The notes below the pieces were generated by a model. It saw only the letters and a list, made by a program, of their open reading frames with translations. It was not told where the DNA came from and made no database searches. Position numbers and translations under genes: made by a program. From positions 14,942,001-15,006,000 of the forward strand of contig CM022675.1 in assembly GCA_012295275.1 (NCBI GenBank): a stretch of 64,000 bases of DNA, in the 5' to 3' direction. The first letter of the stretch is position 1. Each line of letters starts with the position of its first letter. Positions 11,930 to 25,195 of this stretch are shown in pieces. Origin of the DNA: Chrysomallon squamiferum. Its lineage: Eukaryota; Animalia; Mollusca.

Positions 11930-13860
11930 AACATGGAGCAATTTGAATGTTGACAATTTCCTTCAATTCATCCTTCTATGACGTCATGAAATGCGCAGTC
12001 TACGACCATATCAGCATTTAAAAGAGCCACAGCAGGTTGTGGCAAATTAACTTTATCTCTAAATCGCGCTCACTATTAGCCAATTATTTTCCACCACTTA
12101 ACACTGATTTATCCGTCTCCGCTAAGAGCAATGATTAATTCACAGTTGCCTCCGTGACATAGTGTGAATTGTGAGCGCCAAGTGTGGCTCCATTTAATCA
12201 TTGTAAAAACTTCTCCTCTTTACAGTAATATAAAGAAATTTCTCAATAGAGAGGAAAATTGGCTCTCTCCGAGCTGGTTCGTCTTGCCCCTCGGGGACGC
12301 ACTAAGTTCCAATATAATTTAATCACGTTATTCCTTTATGTTCCCTAATGAGTTAATATCATTTCGCCTAGCTGACATCTTATTATAAGATTGTTGTCAC
12401 TGTTTAGATGCATACAAATCACGGCAGAAAATCGTCTATTAGTTTTACTTTTCATCGACTTGTTTTCCGGCCGTTCAAGCAATTTTTCGCTCGATTACTC
12501 TCCGCGCTGATGAATAGCCATATTTGTTTTCTGTGCGCCCGCTCTTCTTCTCGCTGCTCTATTCCCGTCAACGACCATATTAATTCCCCCGTATTTATCG
12601 AATACTTCAAATGAAATGAATAGAGAAGCCCGCGGGAGCCACGTCACAGCTCTATTAGAGCGATATTCGTTTGATTTCAACTGGCTGTTTCATTTACTTA
12701 TGTGTTTAAGTGCCGCTCTTAGACGGATTCAATCAATTATGGTCCGTTCGACAAAAGGAACGTGTCGAGATCGGGCCCTTTACCAGTCAAATATCCATGG
12801 CCTAATCAGTGAAATGTGCGGCTCGGTCAATTCACGAAACAAGTGTTTGTTTGGCAAAATCTTCAATTATCGACGACATCAGCCCAATCGTCCAACTCTT
12901 AAATAAGTTGCCTTTTAAACGCCAAACACTAATATAAAATCACCCATTTACTCCCGTTCCCAGCAAACTCGCCAATTTGACGGTTAGTGATTAAGCGGAT
13001 GTGGAATCGATAAGAGCTAAAAGATGTTGTTATTAGAATCCCCCCACATCACAAAACGCACGTCTACCAAAACCCAATAGACGTAGAAATTGAAAGCTGT
13101 AGTGGATGGCAAAAGTTAAGACTATTAGATTAGACAGAAATATATATGGATAGTTGATTGATTTCCATGAATAGGACTCGATAAAGGCAGAAATTAAGGC
13201 CGGGATTCGGTGCGGCCATATTGGTGTAATGGGCGACAATTCGACTTGAAGTATGATAGCTGAATACTTGACAACTAATCAAGGAAAGTTTTTAATTTGC
13301 GAGATCACTGAAATTTGCCACCGGGGGCTTTGTCGGTTCTCTAATTTCTCTCATCATCACCAGCCAAAAGCACATCAGACAAATCTGCCGTTGTTCGCTC
13401 ACTGTTGGGAAGCACTGCCTATTCTGAAATGTATTCATTTGATAGAGTAGCAGGACCTCTCGTCTCTACGTATTGATATGTTAATCGTATTAATCTAGCA
13501 GTCTTCCCCGTGTGGACCGCTTGAATACAAATCGACACTAAACGTTGAAGGGAATCACACACCAGTCTGCCTAATAGCAGGCAAATTGAAAATTAAATTA
13601 GCAAATTGCGATCTTTTTCATGGAAAAATGCAGCTTTAATCTCGGGTTGATGATTGGATGTGTTGACATACAGGATGAGATGGACTCGACGCAGCTGCCC
13701 GCTTCCTTTAACTACCCTAATCAGTTTCACAGACCAATTACTTTTATCAGAGCGCGTAATGCCCCATGGTACCATCGAGCTTCCATTTGGGAAATAACCA
13801 CAAGAGACTTTTAAATGCGTCTTCACAAGTGACTACAAGACGACTTGTAAAATTTAGCTG
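11930..13860. promoter_or_regulatory. Large microsatellite-free non-coding island in intron 1 (candidate enhancer/CNE block)
   Basis: ~1.9 kb with raised GC/CpG, no simple repeats, no credible ORF, and dense TAAT/ATTA, TGATNNAT and TGACA motifs. Confidence 0.5.
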
Positions 13861-14482
13861 CTGTTCGGAATATATTTTAATCTGGAGTATTATTTAATGA
13901 CAGAGTCATGTACAGTTTGTATTAAAACTTCATTCATCAAAAATTATTCTTTATACTTATGTCTTAAACATAAGAATAATAAAACACACAGAAAATTTAG
14001 ACTCCCCGAAAACCCAAATAAATAAAAAACTTGACGAAATATAAATAAATTGGAAGAAGAAGAAGAAAAAAAAATAATGTAACGAAACGAAACTAAATAA
14101 TATAATAGAAATAATAAAATAACAACAAAAACAACACACAAACAAAACGTAATGCAATTCAATGCAACAAAACAAAAAGTATTTTTAGATGTATTCAGCA
14201 ACAGTATAAAAACAAATCTGAACAAAATAAAAAAAGAAGCATAATTAAATACGTCATTATCTGCTAAGTATTTCGATCATCGCTCTCTAATCAAGAATCA
14301 TCAACAGATTTTATCTCTATCTGTTACTTGATATATTTATTAAATTTTACGTTAAATATAGAGTTTTATAATATGTTCAAATATAAAATGTTTTATAAAT
14401 CTGATTATTTGTCTTTCAGCAGAATATAATCATATAGAAACAAATATTTCTATGTAACATTATTTTGTTGCAGGCCGAGCAT

Positions 14483-14520
<38 letters not shown>

Positions 14521-14522
14521 AT

Positions 14523-14594
<72 letters not shown>

Positions 14595-15865
14595 TTAAAT
14601 ATTATTGTTGTTCTTTGATATTATTACTATTACTACTAAAACTACTACTACTACTACTAATAATAATTTCAGAATAATAATAATAATATATTATTATTAT
14701 TATTATTATTGTTGTTGTTGTTCTTTGATTATTATTACTCCTGTAATAATTGCTATTATTATTATTATTATTATTGTTATTATTATCTTTATTATTACTG
14801 TTGTTACGATTATTGTTATCATTATAACTAATACTATTATCAGTAGAAATATTATTGTTTTCGTTATTGTTAGCAGCGTCATCATCATACTAAATTGCAT
14901 TTCATCGTTTTGCGAAACGTAAATTTATTCTGAAATTAATTTTTAAATTTCTTTATTTAGCTCCCTGTACCTGATCTAAAACCCTCGGGAAAACTGTGAT
15001 TCATTCATGGGAAAATATTCAGTGATTCTGGTACACAAATGTACTTCTAAATAAATAAATCAATAAATAAACAAACAAATGGATAATTTCATTAAAAAAA
15101 ATGTATATGTTTCCCAATAAAAACTTTGTTTATAAATAATAATTAATACTAAATTACATAATTTTTCAAAGCGAAATGTAAATTCTAAACTTAGATTACT
15201 TTAAAACTGAATAAAAGATGCATGAAAATAGAACAACAACAATAATAAAAATAATAATAAAATAAAATGAAAAGTACATTAATTAATACATTAATTTAAT
15301 GCAAGAATAATTAACTTTAACACAAAATTTGTTTAATATAATTTAAATAACAATATTTATTAAAACATTAAGAAATGAAAAAATTCGCACTGAACAGAGT
15401 TTCTTCTAATAAATTATGTTAATTTTTATTATTCAAAAATTTAAATTAATGTAGTTTTACTGTAGCTAAAATATACCGATTTTCTAAGGAATTAAATAAA
15501 CCTTTACAGTACGGTTTATAATTAGAGGTGGATAAACATAAAATATAATCAGAAATAAATTTTAAAATAATAAAAATGTTTAAAACAATTCAAATATCGA
15601 TATCTATTAACCACATTATACATTTAATTTATTAAACACTAAATAATATTCAGAAAATTATTATCATTAATAGTAGTAGCATGTAAATATAAAACCGTGT
15701 TTTTGCTTTCAACTAGATCATAAGTTATATCCATTCATATTATATAAACAGAGTGGGAAGGGTGAGGGGCACTTGAGCCTTGAGGTGGGGGGGGGGCGGT
15801 AAAATTTCTTTAGCCCGTGGGCGGCAAGAACATTAAATTCAACCCTGAATGTAGTTGTAGTAACA

Positions 15866-15970
15866 GTAGTAGTTGTAGTACAACGCAGTATCAATGTATA
15901 GTAGTAGTTGTAGTACAACGCAGTATCAATGTATAGTAGTAGTTGTAGTACAACGCAGTATCAATGTATA
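15866..15970. repeat. 35-bp tandem repeat, 3 perfect copies
   Basis: Unit GTAGTAGTTGTAGTACAACGCAGTATCAATGTATA at 15866, 15901 and 15936. Confidence 0.93.
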
Positions 15971-16084
15971 GTAGTAGAAATAGCAGTGGTTGTAGAAGTA
16001 GCATATAATTTTTTGATTCTTACTCATAAAATGTATCTGATAATTAATTTTCATTAATTCGATTAGAGATATATTAGTATTACT

Positions 16085-16370
16085 GTACATTTATTACTAT
16101 CATTATTTTTTATTGATATTTCACAGCATACATTTTCTTTTTTGTTTAGTTTTTAAATCAATAGCTATTACTTAATATTACATTCATTTAAATGATAGAT
16201 GTAGACAGTTAAAGTGTTCTTGATTATTTAGAATTAAATATAGTTAGATAAAAGTTATAAACATCATTTAAGCACGTCAGATATATAGAAATATCATTTA
16301 CTTCGGATATACATATATCATTTAAAATTGTAGCATTTAATATGTTATTTAAAGACGTATACACACACAA
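16085..16370 (+). repeat. Dispersed repeat B, copy 1
   Basis: Aligns with 27463-27750 (shared TTCACAGCATACATTTTC, TATTACTTAATATTACATTCATTTAAATGATA and GATATACATATATCATTTAAA). Confidence 0.88.
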
Positions 16371-16884
16371 CACAAGTACATACAACTTAAATATGTCGGT
16401 ATCACACATCGTTTACATCAGATGCAAATATCTGTTACTTATCATTACACATATATACACTTTGAACAGATATAAATATGTGATTTATGCACGTCTGTGA
16501 ATTATATACGTTGGAATTTTTAGTTTCTAGCCTATTTCCAATTTCTCTGCTAGCAAGAGTTTGAGATGTTTAACGTCAGCTCTCTGTAATTAAAATCAAC
16601 ATGTTTAGTGTCTAATTATATTTTCATATTTTACTCGGTTCTCATAAGCAATACATATATTTAGCTATCTTATCAAAAATGAAAAACTCAAGTCTTTACT
16701 TATTTAACAGTTTTACACGAGAATATAAATATTGGCAAGCAATATACTTACTATAATAAACAAATAATAAAATAGTAATAAAATATATTAACATAATGAT
16801 ATATACTGTAAATTTTGTTTCATTTCAGAAAATAAGATTTAATGATTTATTATTTTATATTTTGAATTACATATACATGTAGTT

Positions 16885-17075
16885 TATGTTGGAGATAAAC
16901 ATATACTGGAATTTACACATATAGGAGTTATACACATTTAGGAGCTGTACACATATAGGAGCTGTACACATGTTGGAGTTGCAAACATGTTGGAGTTATA
17001 CAGATGCTGGAGTTATGCACATTGTACAGTTATACAGATGATGGAGTTATGCACATTGTACAGTTATACACATGA
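16885..17075. repeat. Degenerate ~18-19-bp minisatellite, ~10 copies
   Basis: Recurring GGAGTTATACACAT / GGAGCTGTACACAT variants. Confidence 0.8.
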
Positions 17076-17824
17076 AGTGTACATGTTAAACCGGAAAATA
17101 ATCTTTGTAATATTTAATTTTTCCATTCTAAATACTATAACGAAGCGTTGTCGAGACGATGTTGACGCTGCGGACAAGGGGCTCTCAGAAGACTTGAAAT
17201 CACCTCAGAAAGTCATTTCCAAGTGTTTAGTTTTGTCTCAGCCGGAGCGCGCTGCGCGTGCACGCCATGATCCGCCATCAATTGAAGTATTGTTCGCACA
17301 ACTGAAACGAGCAACCTATAAAAACATTGTCGTGTGCTTAACACGAATGTTTTCAAGCGAAAGATGTCAATTTTGTTTGTACAGTTAGTTGCGAGTAGCT
17401 CGTCAGAATGTTGACCACGCCGTGCAGCCAGTCGACAACGTAGCTCACAGTCAGATCTCAAAACAAAACAAATTTACACATCTCTAAAAGCAGCTGATAT
17501 GAAATAAACGCCCATTTTGAAATTATTTTGCGATTTTGAATAGTCGTATTAATGTTGAATATTGGAAATGTTTCAAGTGTGGTAACCTTTTTCATTCACG
17601 TGAACTTCTCGCACAAAAGGAACTTGTCGTGCGGCACACAACCGTTAAACTCTTTGATTCAAGAAAAATGCGCCCTTTGAATATTTTATTTGTTTTATTT
17701 TAAATCGCACATTGCATAATAAAAACCAGAATTTCTTTATAAGTGCACCAACAATCCAAACTACCAGTGCTACCACTACTACTATTACAAATACTACTAC
17801 TACTGATGTTGCTGCTGCTGCTGC

Positions 17825-17892
<68 letters not shown>

Positions 17893-18464
17893 AAATTAGA
17901 AGTAAATCAAGAAAGAAAAAGTATAAAGAGAAAACACAATAAAGAAGGAAAAAACAAAACTAAAACTAAAATAGAAATCGGAGGAACATGATACAATAAA
18001 TGATAAATATATAAATCAGTAAATAAATGAATGAATGAATGAATAAACTGCACTTCTGATTCATGCTTTAGATTAAGCTTCAAATCCTTTATAATTTTAG
18101 TAATATGAAAACGTGTATAAACTGTAAATATGTATATACAAAATAGCAACAAATATTTTACAGATATACAGACATATACACCAACACACACTCACAGTCT
18201 AATAGTTAATTAATGAATGAAAATAAGATAGGAAGAAAGAAAATGAAATAAAATAAATTAAAATAAATAAGTAAAATAAATAAGTAAAATAAAAAAAATT
18301 AATTAATAAAGAAAAACAGAAATTAAAAATGAATAAACACACACACTCAGAGATAGATAGACAAATAAGTAAAATATAAATAATAAAATAAATAAATATA
18401 TGAATACTAAATAAATAAATAATATAAATAAATAAGAAAATAAATAAGTAAATAAATAAATACA

Positions 18465-18499
<35 letters not shown>

Positions 18500-19961
18500 A
18501 AAATAAATAAATAAATAAATAAAATGATACAACTGTCAAAAAATAAAAATAAAAGAGAGAGAGATGTAAAGGCCTGTCTAAATGTTGAGAGTAAAAGATG
18601 GCGGTGTGTAAAAGATGGATGTTAGAAAGATATGGCGAGGCGAAGATCACACATCGGTTAAATTGCGCTTGAATGGGATGTGAGGACAGCCATACCTCCT
18701 CTCTACATCGCTTCAAAGCGGAATTAGGAGGTCGTTTTGAGACTATAACGAGGACGAACGAGGATCAATTCGGGCTAAATGGAAAATTGGTTCCTGCTGC
18801 AGACGACAACAGCACATTGATCACAATGAAAATGGAGGAAACAGGAAAATCGTTAAATTGAATTGGATTGGAAAACTTAACTCATCAGTGTTTTGCACAA
18901 CTCGACTCGTGGCTCGTTTAAACCTCTTTCTTCTGTTTTTATGCCAACAGTCACTGATTTACTCAAATTATCTCCTTGTGAAGATGACATTGTCTTATTA
19001 CACGTAATAAACTTAACACTAAGACTTATACAGAGACGAGTCAAAGACAGACACAATTAACTGTTAACAATACAAAAAAAAAAAATAAAAAAAAAAAAAA
19101 TATAAATAAAAAATTTAATCCGCAACGTTGTATATTCATTAATAAATTAAATAGTTTTTACATAAACAAACAAACAAACAAACACACAAACAAACAAATA
19201 AATAGTAAATAAATAAATGAATGAATACATAAATAAATACATAAACAACAAATATATAATTTATTAGTATAATTTGTGTAATAATAAGAAGATAAATAAA
19301 ACAAAATGAAATTATTAAATAAATATACCTTTAATTTAAGTTCTATATTTATTTATTTGTGGAAAATAAATTTATAAAATTAAATATAAATTTTAAGAAG
19401 AAAAAGCAAATAATAAGTGAATAAAATTATATTTATTTTCTTTAAAAAATCTTAGTAAAACCCTTTCTTTCTTTCTCGATAACAAAAAATATTTAAATAT
19501 AACACAATTTTGTTTATTAAGGATATCTTACAGTACAGAACTTATACGGTAATAAATCATTCAGTATCATTTAAATTAATTCAAGTCTAACATTTCGTTA
19601 CAATATCTAATCATTACAAATATAATTATTAAGTTAGAAGAAATAATTCCTAGTTTAAAACAAGTTTTATCATTGTTGTACAAAATTATGAACAAGAAAA
19701 CAAAACAAAACAAATAAAATAAATAAATAAATACAAATAGCAGAATAAGCAAAAAATCTCACTATTTAATAAATGCAGTCAATAAATATATGTAAGTAAA
19801 TGAATAACTAAATAAAAATAATGAAAAACAGCAAATAAATTATAGAAAAAATCCCTATAACCCCCACCAGAATCACGTAAAGAGAAAACAGAAAATAATG
19901 ATTAAAAAAAAGAATAAAAAGAAATCCAAATTAAAAGTTAGTTTTCAGAAAACTCTACCTC

Positions 19962-20495
19962 CAAGACAGTTACAGTACTGTTTATAACAGTGACTTTATA
20001 TCAAGACAGTTACAGTACTGTTTATAACAGTGACTTTATATCAAGACAGTTACAGTACTGTTTATAACAGTGACTTTATATCAAGACAGTTACAGTACTG
20101 TTTATAACAGTGACTTTATATCAAGACAGTTACATTACTGTTTATAACAGTGACTTTATATCAAGACAACAGTACTGTTTATAACAGTGACTTTATATCA
20201 AGACAGTTACAGTACTGTTTATAACAGTGACTTTATATCAAGACAGTTACAGTACTGTTTATAACAGTGACTTTATATCAAGACAGTTAGTTTTATATCA
20301 AGACAGTTAGTTTGTTTATAACAGTGACTTTATATCAAGACAGTTACAGTACTGTTTATAACAGTGACTTTATATCAAGACAGTTACAGTACTGTTTATA
20401 ACAGTGACTTTATATCAAGACAGTTAGAGTACTGTTTATAACAGTGACTTTATATCAAGACAGTTAGAGTATTGTTTATAACAGTGACTTTATAT
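19962..20495. repeat. 40-bp minisatellite, ~13.5 copies
   Basis: Unit CAAGACAGTTACAGTACTGTTTATAACAGTGACTTTATAT, head-to-tail and nearly identical, with a few deletion variants and no spacers. Confidence 0.95.
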
Positions 20496-20572
20496 TCGTC
20501 AACTACAGTGGAAGTTTAGAAAACTGTGTAATCGCATTCATACACCGGTTGCAGGAGAATTTCAGTAATAGA

Positions 20573-20681
<109 letters not shown>

Positions 20682-20775
20682 GTAATAATAATAATATTTT
20701 CATTTAACATTTAACAGACAATATTTTATTGCTATATTTTTGTGTTTCTAAATTGTATTATTATTATTATTACCT

Positions 20776-21125
20776 ACAAAGCTTAACATTTTTTACCATG
20801 ACGAAAACTGTTATAATAATAAATTAAATAAAAGAAAAAATAATTTGACTTTCACAACAAAAATCTTCACTTTAATAAGTAATTTATTTGTTGAAATATT
20901 TCATTATGTGCATGTTATATGCATCAAGACATTATAATTAATATACACATATACACACAGACATATAAACATTTGAAACATTATAATTAATGTTTTTAAA
21001 TCTAAATAATGATTAATTTCTTCTTATTTTAAACTAATTTTGTCTGCTTGTTTTGTTAATGCTGAACTATGTGATTTTTGGTTTTGACATATCGAAATGA
21101 CGCCAACTCTCACTTACACCGCACA
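20776..21125 (+). repeat. Dispersed repeat C, copy 1
   Basis: Aligns with 31740-32113 (shared CATGACGAAAACTGTTATA, ATCTTCACTTTA, TAATGCTGAA.TATGTGATTTTTG and TATCGAAATGACGC). Confidence 0.88.
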
Positions 21126-23587
21126 CAATCACAGAAACTCATACGCACACACACACAAAGCACGCCACAGTCACACATAATAAGAGCTGTAAATGATGTT
21201 TATAATAAATTATAAAATGTTTAATTTTGGATTGAAATATGTTATTCCTAAAAGTCTTATTACTGTCACACAGGAGAACAGTAAATACAAATCATATTAA
21301 TATATTCGCAAAATAACACACACACACACAGAGAGAGAGAGAGCCACATATATGTACACACATAACATTAAAAAAATGGTTTTTTCATATAATTAAACAT
21401 TTGGCCTCCATTCCAAAGAAAGAAAACGGACAATAAAAAGTGTCTTATAACAATATATTTTAAAATCATAAATTTAAATTAAAACAACAACAACAACAAA
21501 CAACCCCCCCCCCGCAAAACAACAAGAACAAAACCAACAAGAAAAAAACAGAAACATTCTAATTAACAGTTTAGAACCGTTTCAAATTCATTTTTGAAAT
21601 TTTTGTTGTTGCAAAAGGAATTTTGATACAAAAGAATCCTAAACTAAATTGAAATATGTTAGTTTCTCTAATACATTTTGATGGATCTACAAACAAATGA
21701 GAAAGTGAGTATGCGTGATTTTATGTATGTGTGTTTATCTATCAGCATATATATAATTATATATATTGTATATTTGTTGTATGCACTCGTGCGTAGATTC
21801 ATATATTTATATAGATATATAATTATATATGTATATATGTATGTGTTTGTTCAGTTTATTTTCAACGTACAGACATGTATTTACTACAACCAAAACTTAA
21901 ATAAAATAAAAAAAAATAAAAAATACGTACATACAAAAAGAGATAAGATATGTTTCGTTCTTTTTGGGCAGGGCAGTGACAGGGTGTGATAAAAAGCTTA
22001 ACTGTGTTTTCATTAATAAAACAGATTTGTAATTCTGTGATTATAATTGAAGTATTTATATTAATCACAGAGAAGAAACCGGCACAAAACAAATAAGTAA
22101 AAAAATAAATAGACAAAAAAAAAAAAAAAAAAAAAAAATTTTTTAAAAAAGAATATATATATGTATGTATCTATATCTGTATCTATATCTATATGTATGT
22201 ATGTATACGTATATTAGAATTAATTTTTTTTAGCCAGTATAATATTTTTTATATGTAAGAAAATGCAGAAATACAAAATCATTATTATAATTTACATTAT
22301 CTGGGTGACATGAGAAAATAGTTTAATTTGTATGGTAAATGACAAAAAAATAGAATAAAATAACATAAAACAAAACGAAGATTTTTGTCTAAAATCGGTA
22401 AAACTCGTCTATTTTTACATTATCCATTCTTTTACGTCTACTTTTGCGTCATATATAAATTTTCTGCCAGTTAATGTAATACAAGTAATATATTTTATAA
22501 ATAATACATTTTTAAATTTCTTTTTAGTTTAATAAGAAAAGTAGGTTTGTATGAACCTCAGTTTCGACACACATACAGACATATACAGAACAGTTTAGAA
22601 ATATAAAAATATGTATACAGAAACTTAGAAAATAAATTAAAAAGAAAAGAACATAGATTTTCTCAGATTCAAATATCAATGATAGAAATATAAGCAGATA
22701 AACATATAAATACAAATATATATATATATATATATATAAATGTAAAATGAGAGAAAATAAATTGAAACACACAAATAAATAAATAATAAATAAATATAAT
22801 ACAGTAAAATAAATAAATACAGTAAAAAAGATAGATAAATAAATAAATAAATAAATAAATAAATACATAAAATAGATAGATAAATAAATAAATAAATAAA
22901 TAAATAATGCCACCTATTCTTCCATTTAGAATACAAAATACAGTATATTTTTTGAAGATAATCTGTTTTCTTTTTTAAATTTGTCTGATGTTATCATCAC
23001 ATCTTCTATTAAATAAAACTGAAATACCTCGGCTATGATATATAATTTTATATTCTGTGTAACGAGTGTATGTTTTATTCTTTGCTTCCAAAAACGATTA
23101 TAATTAATTTTATGTGGTGAGAGGAAGAGAAAGAAAGGACTTTATGTATAGCAATAAGAAATTAATGCTTTAATTACTAAATTATGTGTCAGTCTGTGTT
23201 AATTATTTAATAATATAATAATACTAATACTAATACTACTAATAATAAATAAATAAATATTATTATTATGATAATTATGATTATTATTATTATTATTACT
23301 TTTGCTGATGTTATTGTTCATTACATTATTTTTCTAATAACTTCATCCAAAGTTTACTTGAAACGGAATTTCTGTCATATCTTTTACATGGTTACGTTTA
23401 AATCAATAGTGTATTTATTATCTTACTTAGGTCTAAACATTTATTAACAAATAGAACTCGATTATATTAACAACAACATCAACAATAATCATACAACAGA
23501 ATAGTAATAATAATAATAAGAATACATCAATTTTAATTAAAAAAATAAATAAATAACATATAACAAAGAAATCAATAAATAAATAAA

Positions 23588-23589
<2 letters not shown>

Positions 23590-23624
<35 letters not shown>

Positions 23625-23702
23625 GTAGTAGTAGTAGTAGTAGTAGTAGTAATAATAATAGTAGTAGTAGTAATAATAATAATAATAATAGTAGTAGTAG
23701 TA

Positions 23703-23735
<33 letters not shown>

Positions 23736-23855
23736 GTAGTAGTAGTAGTAATAATAATAATAGTAGTAGTAGTAGTAGTAGTAGTAATAAAAATAATAAT
23801 AATAATAGTAGTAGTAGTAATAATAATAATAATATTAATAATAATGATAATAATG

Positions 23856-23890
<35 letters not shown>
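23590..23890. repeat. Compound alternating (AAT)n/(AGT)n microsatellite
   Basis: Alternating blocks of AAT and AGT; a similar structure occurs at ~9135-9287. Confidence 0.92.
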
Positions 23891-23892
<2 letters not shown>

Positions 23893-24645
23893 AGCTATAA
23901 AGTGGGTATCTGTTTGACAACGTCTTGGTATGTTGACGACTGCGTGGTGGAAGTATTAAACAGGTGCACAGAGGGGCCACCTGACAACTACGACAACAGC
24001 GAGTTATTAATCAGTTGTTAGAGAGATAAAGCACGTATTAGTCGGAGTATTAAAATCACAGCGCAGCTTCAAACAGCCTGCAGCTTGTTTATGGAGTGGA
24101 AGTGTAACATAATGTGTTTGTTTTAACGACTAGCTATTTGCACATGGCAAACACGGGTACATTTTAATTTACAGGTTCATGATGTAATTTACGAGTATGT
24201 AAACTGATTAACAGCGCTCACTGTGTTTACAAGTGCAGGTAAGCTTCACACGTGTATTCATAAAATTTTAAAACAGATTACTAAATGAACAAAGACATAC
24301 TGTTAATAAAGTAATAACGTAGACATTTTTATTAAATTACTGGTCAATATAAATCATTCGTATTAAAAGTTATCAGTAATGACATATAAAATTTAATATA
24401 TCATAAAAATGAGAAAGTAAATTATAAATTATTGAGAAAGGATAAATATTATTTTCATTAAAAATATTTACTGCTACTTACTGCTATTACTACAATAATA
24501 ATAAGAATGATGATGACAACAACGACGATGAAATGATGAGATGATGATGATAATAAGAATATAAAGAAAATCGCAATAAACAAATAAAAATTAAATTAAA
24601 TTAATATAAAATGAAAACAAAATGTTTTTGTTTTTTAAGTAAATA

Positions 24646-24680
<35 letters not shown>

Positions 24681-24717
24681 AATTAATAATATATAACTAC
24701 AAATAACTTACAGTTAC

Positions 24718-25195
24718 CGGGGTAATCAATCACTCTCGGTAGGTACATTCCAGACCTGGCTAGCCACTCAGCATAGTTGACTCCTTGTAACTGAGCGAGT
24801 TTGAACGCCTGTTCTGCAGGTGTATGGAAAGCACTCCCAGCTAACATTGGCATCATAGGATGTCCGGGTGTCTGTCCTTGGTAGCTGTAAATGGGGTGTC
24901 CCGGGAAAAGCCCAGTGAGTCCTATAGAGGTGTGCATCATGGCTGGGTGGTGGATGTTGAGGAGGCCGGGTCTCGGGACGAAGCTGCTGTTGGGGGACAG
25001 GCCAGTGGCGTGTCCGGGCGGAGACACACTGGACGCCGGGCTGTGGGTTCCCACCCGACTCGATCCCGAAGATGACGGTCTCGGTGACTGTGTTCTGGGG
25101 GACGGGATACCTGACGGGCTGGGTGCTTTGGGTCGGGTGCTCTTAGACAGAAGAGCGTCAATACTGAAAGATTTGCTACCCTCCATGGCGGTCAT
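24718..25195 (-). CDS. Mnx: Mnx homeobox gene, coding exon 1
   Basis: Translates MTAMEGSKSFSIDALLSK...HPIYSY...KLAQLQGVNYAEWLARSGMYLPRVIDYP. The eh1 motif FSIDALL matches the MNX1 N-terminus (MEKSKNFRIDALLA); HPIYSY and EWLARSGMYLPR resemble MNX1 HPVYGY and QWLRASTAGMILPK. GC-rich relative to flanks. Ends at phase-1 donor CCG|GTAACT (478 nt). The ATG at 25186 is the likelier start. Confidence 0.93.

Noticed and set aside
19962-20495. CRISPR-like array of palindromic ~40-bp repeats
   Set aside because: Units are contiguous with no unique spacers, there are no cas genes, and it lies in a eukaryotic intron.
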